From positions 110,561 through 174,560 of the forward strand of contig FLMG01004215.1 of the NCBI GenBank assembly GCA_900088475.1: a stretch of 64,000 nt of DNA, read 5' to 3'. Source of the stretch: Hyphochytrium catenoides. Lineage: Eukaryota; Protista; Hyphochytriomycota. The notes beneath the pieces were generated by a model. That model had not been told where the DNA came from, made no database searches, and saw only the letters and a program-made list of their open reading frames with translations. Of this stretch, positions 53,160 to 64,000 are shown piece after piece (within the stretch, counting starts at the first letter, position 1; each line of letters opens with the position of its first letter). The position numbers were made by a program, and so were the translations under genes.

Positions 53160-54603
53160 TGTCTAAACCAGAACTAGTCTCGTTTCACTGCGCCGTCGGA
53201 CGTACAGCTTGTGCAAGCGATGGGCTGCTATACTCCTAACTGTCTCAGCACAAATCGAAGGCCGTTATTCCCATCAATGCTGTCTTGAAAATTCCTGACT
53301 GCTACACCGGTGAGATCGTAAAGCGAGAGTGTACAGGTGAGATCGTAAAGCTTTTAATGGGAGTAAGCGGGGGCTTCTTTTCCTCTCTTCTATAATGACA
53401 GAAAGGTGTATTTGATGCCCGAGAAACAGCACACCCAAAGCACCCGAGCTTCAATAATTGCTGTGCATCTCTGGAGGAGAAGGTCTCATGAACTGAAGTT
53501 GTCTGTACTTGCTTTCCTCTATCTGTCCTGATTGACTTGGCCAGGTTGTTGCAGGGTTGGAAGAAGAGAGGAGGTGGTGGAGGGATCAATGGAAGCTGCG
53601 AGGCGTGGGCGAAGGAAAGTGGTCGAACCTTTTGAAGGATTTTCTCTCGTCCAAGCGTCAGCACACCTCCCGCCCTTCCTACATCGATCATCACTAATCC
53701 TTGCAGTACAGATTGGGGATAGTTGAGTCTGTGGGTGGGCACAAAGCTTCATGTGACATGTGTAACTTTGATTAACGGTCTTGAGGCTGAACTGCCCACA
53801 GCACCCCCACGAGCTCATGCAGATATTCAGGATAACACTGAGCTAACATTAGCTAGGGATCTGAAAGGGCCAATTGGAGCGCAGGTCTATTCTCCGTGGC
53901 AGGTTGGAAGCTTCCTATTGGCGGATATAAATCTCATTTCCCCTTTGGGTGATTAGCCTCTCCGATAGACTGCATACAACTACGACATCCCAAGGCATTA
54001 GAAGCTTAACGGCAAATAGAAGCGGAGCACTTCAAGGGACAAATATTTCTTGTAGAACTGGAAGCTTTCGTCTTATATGCTCTAGCTATGTAGCGGAAAC
54101 ATACTGGGAAAGTAACGGAATGAATCTTTCTCGAGGGAAGGGTTGTGTGAGGGCAAGTAAAAGTTGAAGGCGCAGCACTCTCACTTCCTTCCCTCTGAGG
54201 CTTGCTCTCCCATCATCTCTTCTGCCTCTGAGTCTCTCAGGGACTTTGGTTCTGAAGCTGATGAGCTGATGAGGATCTCTCTCTCTCTCTGCCAGTAGTG
54301 TGACAGACAGAGAAGCCTGACAAGTGAGGCGCTCTCCAAAGAGCTCACGCAGAAGATAGAAGCAATGCCTCGGCTGCACTTGTAGAAGAGAACAGCTCCA
54401 TCCAAACGCGACGTGGTTTGAGGGGAAACTGCACCAGATTCCTCCATTTATCCTTTTCCTTTTGCTCTTCAGAGTGTACTTCTAGAGGGCGGAGATCCCA
54501 CCACTGATAGTGCTCTTGGAAGGAGCACAGCTTCAAACAAGGGGTACTCGTACCCTGTGCCAAAGGATATCGGTAGGAGGTTCTCCGGTTACCACGATCA
54601 GCA

Positions 54604-57600
54604 ATGAGTGGAATCTTGAAGCTTAAGGCGCTCCAGAGTGCCCGATTTGAGGTATGTATAACGGCCTCTTGATGGCCTGTACAGCGCTGTGGCAGACATC
54701 TGAATGGTACTTGTTATCTTAGGGTTTTGAGGAAGACGCGGTTGATGACAAGACGGCAATTGCCCATGTTTCGTAAGTACATCCGTTTGCTATGATCAGC
54801 TCTGCAGTGCTGATGAGTGTCCTTTGCTATCTATCTCCTGCAGCTACGCTCTCAGCGACATCTCCTTTGTACATCCTATCACTCTCTCGAACTACCTCGG
54901 AGAGGCTGCTGTATTTCTATCGAATAATGGCGTAGAGAACGTGAATGGCAAACCAGGACAAGTTTACAGCCATGTCTATCGGGAGAGCTTGGCAGGTACT
55001 GACTCTAGACACTTAAAAAGTAGGCTGCTTGCAGAGGATCTTACCGTTCTACTATACAGGGAAGACCCTGGAGTCCCTCCAGCAGGGACAACTGGCCACG
55101 GTATACACAGCCTCTCAGAACCTGCCACAGATGATCCCGAACATGTATCAGATTGCACAATCTTCCCTACCCTGCGTCTTTCACGTTGCTGCGCAGACTT
55201 TAACTAGACAGAACACCATTGAGGAGGACCATTCTGACATAATGTCCGTCAGACACACCGGCTTTGCGATTCTCAGCGCACACTCACCTCAGGAATGCCA
55301 TGATTTAGCAGTAATCGCCCATATCGCCTCATTGAAGTCACGAGTTCCTTTCCTTCACTTTTATGATGGGCTCCGCTCAGATGAGCCGACACAGCTGGTT
55401 CAGCTGCAGCGGCTAATATCTTATGATCGATTGGCAGAAGCGTATAAAGGAGCAACCAACGTTAACGAAGAGGGTGAACGTGAGGAACAATCACCACTCT
55501 TTGTGCGGCAGTCCAAGAAGGCCTCGGCTAGGTTCTTAGCTCTACCCGCGGTGGTGGAAGCTGCAATGACAGATCTCGCGACTCTTCTCGGGCGTGAGTA
55601 CCAACCATTTGAATATGTAGGTTCCCCATCGGCAGAGCTTTTGCTGGTAGTCATGGGGACCGCAGCATCTGTGGCAGAGAAGACAATTAAGTCTTTGGTC
55701 AACGGTTCTTCCAAGCGCGTGGGGCTCATCAAGGTCCGACTCTATCGTCCATGGTCTACCGCTCACTTCCTCAGAGCTGTCCCTCTAACCACTAAAAAAG
55801 TGGCAGTGCTGGACCGGTGCGTAGATCCAGCAACAATGGGTGAACCACTCTTCCAGGATGTTCTCGCTTCATTCCAGCGCAAGGAATCCTGGCAAGGACC
55901 TACCCCGGTAGTAGTTAATGCTCGTTATGGCCTCGAAGGCGAGAGCTTCACTACCTCTTCTGTGTACAAAGTCTTAGACAAGCTTGTAGATGCCGTTTCA
56001 TCAAGCGGCTTTACAGTTGCGAACGGTTATAACTCTTACAAGCCTAAAGTAGTTACTCCGGCCCAGAATGGTGCAAGTGAGGTGAATGCCAGTGGAGACA
56101 ATGCCCCAGAGGCTCCCTACCTCAAGATGCTGACCAAGCTCTTCAACGAGCGGCTCGTAGTAGCCAATCTTATTGCGGATGAGACAGTATGGGGTAGCAA
56201 CAGCGCCTTGGCTCAAGTTTCAAATAGATCCTTCAAGGACCTGTTAACAGACAATTACGAGTTAGACGAGAACGCAGAGCGGGGTTTTGGCCTGCACCTT
56301 GCCCTGCAACAGAAGAGGAAGCGTCTTCAGTCCCTGGTTTCTGATATCTTGACGGGAGCAGCTGGACAGCTAGCTTCCGAAGAGCTCCGAACAGCTCTTG
56401 CTGGCTGGAAAAAGGAGGCGTCACCTTCTGCGTCCGCGGACTATGCGGCTCAGATATCATTCATGCTAGAGGCAGAGCGCTCCAAGCACCAAAGGCTGGA
56501 AGAGCTCTACAGTCAGCGCCACTTGTTGCCTAAGCCCTCTCAGTGGATTCTGGGCAGCGATCAGTGGGCATCTGATATTGGTAACAGCGGCCTTCATCAC
56601 GTCATTGCCTCAGGGGAGAACATTAAGGTTCTCGTGCTGGACACTCTGCCATATTCTGAAGTTAAGAAAGGTAAGCCGTCGTCTCCCTTCTTTGTTAAAG
56701 AGTCTGGTCGTGGTTAGCGCTTCAACTCTCTCTTCATCCTCCGCGCGTTGTTCCCCGCTTCACTTTACCGCGTAGTGATTCTTAGTGCTCTTCGCCTCTT
56801 ATGTCCCTCTCTTCGCTGCCGTCAGGCAATACCAAGAATGGCAAGAAGGATCTAGGTCTTTATGCCATGAACTACGGAGGTTGTTATGTCGCTTCCGTGG
56901 CGCTCTATGACTCCTATTCACATGTGCTAAGGGCTTTCAGTGAAGCCGATGCCTTTGATGGACCAGCTATCGTATTGGCTTATGCTCCACAGCTGGCTCT
57001 GGACGTTGATGCTCCCGATCGCATCCTGCATTACTTGGATGAGACTCAGGCAGCAGTAAGCAGCGGTTACTGGCCTCTATACAGATGGAATCCAGCCAAG
57101 GAAGAGAACGGAGAGAAGTCGTTTAGCCTGGACTCTCACACACTCAAGCAGGAGATGCAGCAGTTTTTGGAGAGAGGAAACCACCTTACCCTCCTTGCCG
57201 CTCCTACCCCGTCCTTCCCTCCCTCTCTATCAGGCTCTCTGGATGCTGAGTTGGAGAAGAGGCACGCAAAGATGCGCGCAGACGCTTTGGCCGCTTCGTT
57301 TGCCAAGCTTCAAAGCGCTCTGGGAGACACCACTCCCCTTCTTATTCTGTTTGCATCTGACAGTGGAAAAGCTGAGTGTTATGCCAGGAGGCTCGAGGAG
57401 GAGGCAAGAGTGAGAGGCTGCCAAACAAGAATCTTGGAAATGAACGCATTCTCTCCTGACGAGCTTGTAGGAGAGAAGAATGTCCTCTTTGTCTGTTCGA
57501 CAGCTGGCCAGGGAGAGTTCCCCGCCAACGGTAAGGAGTTCTGGCATGCGCTTGCGGGGTCTAGTGTAAGCCTAGAGGGCACGCGATTTGCCATATTCGG

Positions 57601-60039
57601 GCTTGGTGACCGCCACTACTGGCCACGGCCAGATGAGAAGCATTACTTCTGTAAGGCAGCCAAGGACATAGATGTTAAACTGGAAGAGCTAGGCGGAGAG
57701 AGAATGGTACGCTGTGGGCTAGGGGACGATCAGGACGCAGATGGTCCTGAAACAGAGTTTGAAGCCTGGAGACCGGAGTTCTGGGAAGCTCTAGGTGTAG
57801 GAGGGGCAGCCGGTGTTGAACTTGCTCCCAAGAAGACCAACGAAGACATCAAGGTCAAAAGTAACTTCCTACGAGGGACTATAGCGGAGGGCTTGCAGGA
57901 CGCTTCCACGGGCTCTTTGTCTGCTGACGATCAGCAGCTAACTAAGTTCCACGGAATTTATCAGCAAGATAACAGAGACATCAGGCAAGAAAGAAAGGCA
58001 GCGGGCATGGAGCCAGCGTACTCGTTCATGATCCGTGTGAGAGTGCCCGGAGGAGTCACTACTCCGGAGCAATGGCTGGCAATGGATGAGCTGGCTGATG
58101 TGTACGCGAACGGTACCTTGAAGTTGACCACAAGGCAAGCGTATCAATTGCACGGCGTGATCAAGAAGCACCTCAAGAAGACTATTCAGGGTGAGGAAGT
58201 CGTCATGGTCTTATGTCCTGGCGTACTTTGGAGGTTCTGACATTGTCTTCTGATGTTTAGGTATCAATCGGTCTCTAATGGACACGCTGGCAGCATGCGG
58301 TGATGTCAATAGAAACGTTATGTGCAATGTCACTCCTGAGGTATCCTCTGTCCATGCTGAAGTGGTAGAGATCTCCAAGCAGCTCTCAGCGCACCTCAGT
58401 CCTCAGACTAGCGCCTACCATGAGATCTGGCTAGACAAGAAGCTCGTTGCAGGCACACAGGACGTAGAACCCATCTATGGAGCAACCTACCTGCCAAGAA
58501 AGTTCAAAATTGCAATTGCTGTTCCGCCCAGCAATGACGTAGACGTCTTTGCTCACTGCTTGGGCTTCATTGCAGTTATTGCCTACGGAAAACTGATTGG
58601 CTTCAATGTGTCAGTGGGTGGCGGTATGGGAATGACCCATGGCAACAGGGCGACATTCCCTCGCTTGGCAGACGTTATGGCATTCTGCACGCCCGATCAG
58701 GTGGGCCAAAGGAGATGTGTCTTTTGCTTCATCTCTCTTCGGACAACTCACACTCTCTCTTGTCCCTTAAGGTCTGCGATGTAGCAGAGAAGATTGTCAC
58801 CATTCAACGCGACTACGGAGACAGGAAGAACCGGAAGCACGCGCGCTTTAAGTACACGGTTGGGGATCTGGGTGTGCCATTTATCAAAGCTGAGCTGGAG
58901 AAAAGATTAGGGTACAAGCTTCAGGAGCCCAAGCCCTTCAAGTTTACGACGACAGGCGACCGCTTTGGATGGACTAAAGGCGCCAATGACACGTGGAACT
59001 ATACCATGTTCGTCGAGGGAGGTAAGGAATGCGGCCACGAAGCAATGCTATGGCTGATAATGGTAGATCGTTGTGTGGAGCGATGTCTCACTTCTGCTAC
59101 TTCTCTGTCCCCGTTTATGGTCTCTATGGTATACCTCTGGTCTTCAGGGCGAGTGATTGATCACGAAGAGTATCCGTTAAAGACAGCGCTCAGAGAAATA
59201 GCGAAGATACATGACGGGGACTTTAGACTGACAGCGAACCAGAACCTTGTGATTGGGAATGTCAAATCTGCGAAAAAGGTAAATGCATGGCCTTTGTCTC
59301 GCCGTCGCCCTCTTTGCATAGCTTTAAGTCTTTTCTCTTGTTCATGCTGGTTCTTTGTTACGCACATCTGCTGATCCACCATTTCATTGTATGATCCTTT
59401 TAGGCTCTTATTGATAGCACACTCAAGAGCTTTGGGGTGGGCAACAATGCTCACACAGGCCTTCGCCTGAACTCAATCGCTTGCGCAGCTCTTCCGCTGT
59501 GTGCGCTCGCCTTTGCTGAGGCCGAGCGATACCTTCCCTCGCTTATTGATCGGTTGGACGAGGTGATAGAGGCTGCGGGGCTAAGGGAGCAAGACATCAT
59601 TATCCGCATGACTGGCTGCCCTAATGGCTGTGGCAGACCCTACTTAGGAGAGATCGGCTTCGTAGGCAAGGCTCCTGGTAAGGCAATTACTACTTTGAAT
59701 GCCGCTATGCGGACGTTCCAGTGCTGAAAATTCCGCCTTCAGGTTGGTCTTGTCTCACTCGCATGGCTTCCCTCTGTTTTCTTGTTAGGCATCTACAACC
59801 TTTATCTGGGCGCCGGTCATGGCGGCGAGCGACTGAACAAGCTCTACCGAGACGGTGTGAATGAAGACCAAATAATAGAGGAGCTGACACCAATTATTCA
59901 GAGATATGCCAGAGAGAGAGAGGAGAATGAGAACTTTGGCGATTTTGTGATTCGCGCAGGCTATGTCAAGCCCTGTCTAGCGGCACCTTTGGTCCCTGTG
60001 AGGGCACCGGGGGAGACCTTCCATGACGTGGACTTTTAG
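54604..60039 (+). CDS. MET5: NADPH sulfite reductase beta (hemoprotein) subunit, fungal Met5/Ecm17 type: PFOR-like domains + flavodoxin + NIR/SIR
   Basis: [37 protein letters not shown]; flavodoxin [21 protein letters not shown]; [34 protein letters not shown] and GCPNGC (siroheme/4Fe-4S ligands). Confidence 0.93.
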
Positions 60040-60192
60040 AGCATTCTTTTATGAGCATCCGCTCCCCAGCTCTTCTCCTGTTCCTCGTTCCTGTACCTAG
60101 AGCCCTAAGCCTTCCCACTCATACCATAAATTTATTAAATCGTAGCGTTATGTGAGCTATCATGGTTCACAGCCCTTCCTGCCGCAGCTCTC

Positions 60193-61640
60193 TCATCTGT
60201 CACTGCTCCCTAAGCCTCTTCCTGCCGCACTCTGCTCCTTGTCTGGCTTGATGAATACCTCAAACATCTTCAGAGTGACCTCGGGCTGGTCGAGTGGAGC
60301 CTGAAGAGCGGCGGAATGAGTATTCTATTCTGTACAATTAATTGCCTATGCATGCCCTTCAAAGACCAAGAAGCACACTTCATAGCTCTTAAACTGCTAC
60401 CAAAGGCCTATTCATGTCGTTGTCCTTTCCCCATCCACTACTGTTCAACTCCTCTTTTCTCTTTGGTCCCATCAGACTTACCATATGGCCAGCATCGATA
60501 ATCCTGAGAAAGGACAAGCCCTCGGCCGATTTCCCTTCTGCGACGCTCTTGCCATGAAGGTTCCAAACCTGGCTCGGAGCTGACCTAAAGGCCTCACTTC
60601 CATGCCATTCTAACTTCTCTGTCCATTGTTTCGAGCCTAACCAGTTGCACATGAGATCGGCGTCACCATTGTACACTAAGACGCGCACACCAGCATCCTG
60701 GCATAAGAAGGACAACCGTTAAATTAGCTTCACACTATTCGGAGTGACGCTCCACGGAAGATAGAGATTGACATAAGGATGTGCCAGCCATGAGGAGAGA
60801 CCCAGGGTGAAAAGGAACGTGAAAGGGTAAAGGATCCCTTAGAGTGTGTTAACTGCGACACAAAGACCTCATCCAGGTGCAAGCTAGAGACCGTAGATCA
60901 GAAACTTCAGCGATACTCAAGACTTTGGAGCAATCCGGCGCGAGATAGGACTGACGAAGAGGTGAAGAAGAGGAAGAGCTGAAGAGGAAGCAGGACACTA
61001 CCAGGAGGTCTGCTACCAGCCTCCGATCATCCAGATAGAAATCAGCGGGAGAGAACCTTGCTCGCACAGCTTCACTGCACACTTCCCACTTGGTGCCCTC
61101 AGAAAGAGGGCCAACACCAATTTTCTCCCGGGTCTCTGCCCTGTTGAAGTAGAGTTCCAGGCTATCGAAGTCATAGCAAAGAATATGCTCGGCTCGGAAG
61201 GAAGACGGACAGCTCTGTCGTATATCGTAAGGATTCCTTTCCGCGCTGTACGCGGTCTCCAGGATCTGCCCATTGAACAAGAAATATACACGATATAGCA
61301 AGTCAGCAAGAGAGAGCGAAGAGGTGACACGAGAGTGAGGCCTGCTAGTTGAATGCCAAGGAGAGAAGCACGGCGAAAGCTAAGTGGCAGAAGGTCACAT
61401 CGGGGCTTGAGCCTAAAGGAGAAGGAGAGAGCATAAGACCAACATCATAAGCAGCAAGACGGACGAAAAGGAACTGGAAGCAGGTCCAGAGCTGAGAGTG
61501 GGGACCGTAGGTGCGATGGAAAGAAAGCCAAAGAATGAGAGTAAGGAAGGATCGATCGATAAGGGAGGAGCCATCTGAAGCACAGAGAGGAATAGTACTC
61601 CGACACTGAGAGAAACGGAGGAGGTACACAGAGGCATATA

Positions 61641-61671
<31 letters not shown>

Positions 61672-64000
61672 GAGAGANNNNNNNNNNNNNNNNNNNNNNN
61701 NNNNNNNNNNNNNNNNNNNNNNGAGAGAGAGAGAGAGAGAAAAAGAGGGAGAGAAAGAAAGAGACGAGAAAGTATAAACTAAGTAGTGGGACAGGAGGAA
61801 GGCGGGACAAGAGATCAGGAGTACGAGAGGAACGAGAAGATAGGCCAGGTGGATTAAGGGACAGAGTTCTAGGTAAGGAACCCCAGGCGGAGCCGTACCG
61901 GGTGAAAGACTTCCAGCCCACAGATGTCCTCATAGACTTGGCATCCCTCTCGCTTTTCGCACTTGTCCAACCACTTCTGACAAGCCTGAAGACTGGGGGA
62001 GAAGCTGCCGATATCCTGAGGGGAGAGCAAAGACTGATAATTGTTCTCTGCAGCCATCTTTGGCATTGTCTCCACAGTGTCCAGCGGAGAGGTGAGGCCA
62101 TTCCCTATCCCGATGCCATGAAGCTTTATCTTCTTGGCGTCTGACGGCTGACGAGTTCAACACAATCGTGAGACCAGTATCCCTAAACTCCTCCTTAACC
62201 ACGAGCTCTCTCTTCTTTTAAGCGCAGCTTGTGTGCCATCTCTTTCTGTCTCCCTCGCTTCCCCTGGTTTTATTCGTCCTCCTGCCCCACCACCTCCACC
62301 ACCTTTGGTGGCTACTGCTGTTGCTGCCGTCTCATGCCTTATTGAAAACTCTTCACTATTAACCCCTTTCCTTCCTCGCTGGCTCAACTCTACTCTCTCC
62401 TCTCGCAAAAGTTCAACTCCCTCGATCTGCTCACCTGACGCGCGTTATCCTTCATAATAGCAGCTGCCACATGTGGAATACTGAAGGAGTACAATGAGAA
62501 ACGGAGATTTACTGGTGGTGTACAGCAGATTATGGCATGAGCAAGATAGATAGATGAAGAAGAATGATGTCACATGTGAGGCCGAGTACAGAGCCGAAAA
62601 CAAAAGCGAAAGCTGCGGACTGAATAGAGCCATGACTGCCACAGGCAAGAGACGATAGAGAGGGAAGACAAGAGAAGAACAAAAGATAGGGGCAGCGAGA
62701 GAAAGATAGAGGAACGAAGAGAAAGCAGAGAGACCCTTGAGAAGGCAGACAGACATACAGACAAGGAGAGAGAGAAGGTGAGAAGAGAGAGAGAAGCACA
62801 GAGAAGCAGCAGGGCAAGGTCAAAGGAGCCACCACAGGTGTAACTGAGGGACGTAGAGAACAAAAAGACTAGATAAAAGCGCTCGTGACATAGGTTTGGG
62901 CGGAGAGCAGGAAACCAAGTGAGGAACCAAAAGATTTTCAAGGCCTTACAAGTGTCCTGCATACGATTCTCCGAAGATATAAAAGTCTTTCTGAAGAAAC
63001 GCCGGATGCCGATCAAACCACTCGGACAGGAAGGCGGCCAAGTCACGGCCAACTGTCTCCTCGTCCTTGGCTCCTCCGTCACCAGAACTAAAGCCCACCC
63101 TAAATGACCAAAGCAATGACCACGAGTGACCCAGAAATTGCATTAACGAGAAGTAGGAGACAGACAGAGAGAGTGGAACAGCGAGAGAGAGAGAGAGAGA
63201 GAGAAAGAAATAGAGAGGGCGGGAGGGGAAAGAGAGAGGTAGAGAGGAGAGGAAGGGACTAGAGTTAACCATAGACTGAAAGATTAAACAGACACCAATC
63301 GAGGGGACCGGGGGGAAAATAGCGACAAATGTTTATAGTGAAATGTCCCTGGGTCATCAGAGTTCTTCTGTTAGTCCTATTCAGCTTCTCCCACCACCTC
63401 TTTTCCTTGCTCGTTTGCTACCACTCCAGCCTCAGAAGGGAACCACTTACCCGGCCGGCTGGTCGACATAGAGAAGGTTGGCTTTGCGGTGCCAGGACCA
63501 AGGGTTAGGCACTGTCTCGGCGGTGTTCCTCAGCAGGCAAGGACCGTTCTCATAAAAGAGACCGACGAGGCTGCTGCACCCTGGTCCGCCTGAGAGCCAG
63601 AGCACGAGAGGGTCCAAAGCGGAAGCTGACTCCGATTCAAAGAACCAGTAGAAATACTTCCTCGCACCTCCTTCAAAGAGAGATGAGACCGCGAGAGAGA
63701 AAGGTTGTCAGTAGGGGACTAGGACAGGGACGTCACTCTACAAATATGAGCTAGAAAAGCTAGGACATAGACTAAAGATCGAGGCTACGGCACCCATGTG
63801 ACCGAGGACGCTCACCTGCAATTGGAATGTATCCAGTTTCATCCTTCAGAGCCGTGCCACAGACTCCAGTTCCTTGGACAGGACCCTCCGCCTCATTAAC
63901 AGCCTTTTCAAGGCGAGTTCCAGCTCGAAGTGCCTAACAGATGATGGAAGAAAAAATGGCTGTGAGTTAGAGGAACAGGCAATAGCGCTCACACAGCAGG
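60193..64000 (-). CDS. Serine carboxypeptidase S10 (CPY-like), multi-exon; 5' end outside the window
   Basis: FYWFFES, LVLWLSGGPGCSS, ENGP, YVDQPAG|VGFS, GESYAGH, YNGDADLMCN, AGHM. Confidence 0.92.
61678..61721. other. Assembly gap (N run) inside a (GA)n microsatellite in a carboxypeptidase intron
   Basis: 44 N flanked by GA repeats. Confidence 0.99.

Noticed and set aside
53302-54563. ORFs and a 16-nt direct repeat (GGTGAGATCGTAAAGC x2) between SUMT and sulfite reductase
   Set aside because: No recognisable protein motifs (no Met8/SirB-like sequence); likely promoter or UTR

Overview
Compact, intron-rich nuclear DNA of a unicellular eukaryote (GT-AG introns mostly 50-400 nt, many CT/GA microsatellites, one N gap). 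It is not animal, since it encodes thiamine synthesis and assimilatory sulfite reduction; a heterotrophic stramenopile-like protist is my guess, not established. I can splice together about 22 protein genes, many missed or fragmented by the ORF track: syntaxin-18, UvrD/Srs2 helicase, PPR protein, Erv1, Arl1, FAHD1, GDP-mannose transporter, ARMC1, PP1, ZSWIM7/SWS1, Aha1-N protein, a thiamine multi-enzyme, Arp4, METTL21-type methyltransferase, COQ4, a secreted Cys/Pro-rich protein, a Ser/Thr kinase, polyprenol reductase, an ATD/DTD2 tRNA deacylase, uroporphyrinogen-III methyltransferase, Met5-type sulfite reductase and an S10 carboxypeptidase. There is also tRNA-Thr(UGU). Highlights: (1) a 16-exon gene fusing TenA + HAD phosphatase (plant TH2-like) to ThiD + ThiE (plant TH1-like), with an unexplained 1-nt frame offset at the ThiD/ThiE junction; (2) a divergent siroheme-synthesis / sulfite reductase gene pair whose methyltransferase has a C-terminal membrane anchor; (3) an 'Animalia-specific' ATD-like deacylase immediately downstream of a tRNA-Thr gene; (4) an atypical tRNA-like element at 38350-38429; (5) a secreted protein with a duplicated 10-Cys domain I do not recognise. 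Exon boundaries were assigned by eye and need RNA-seq confirmation.
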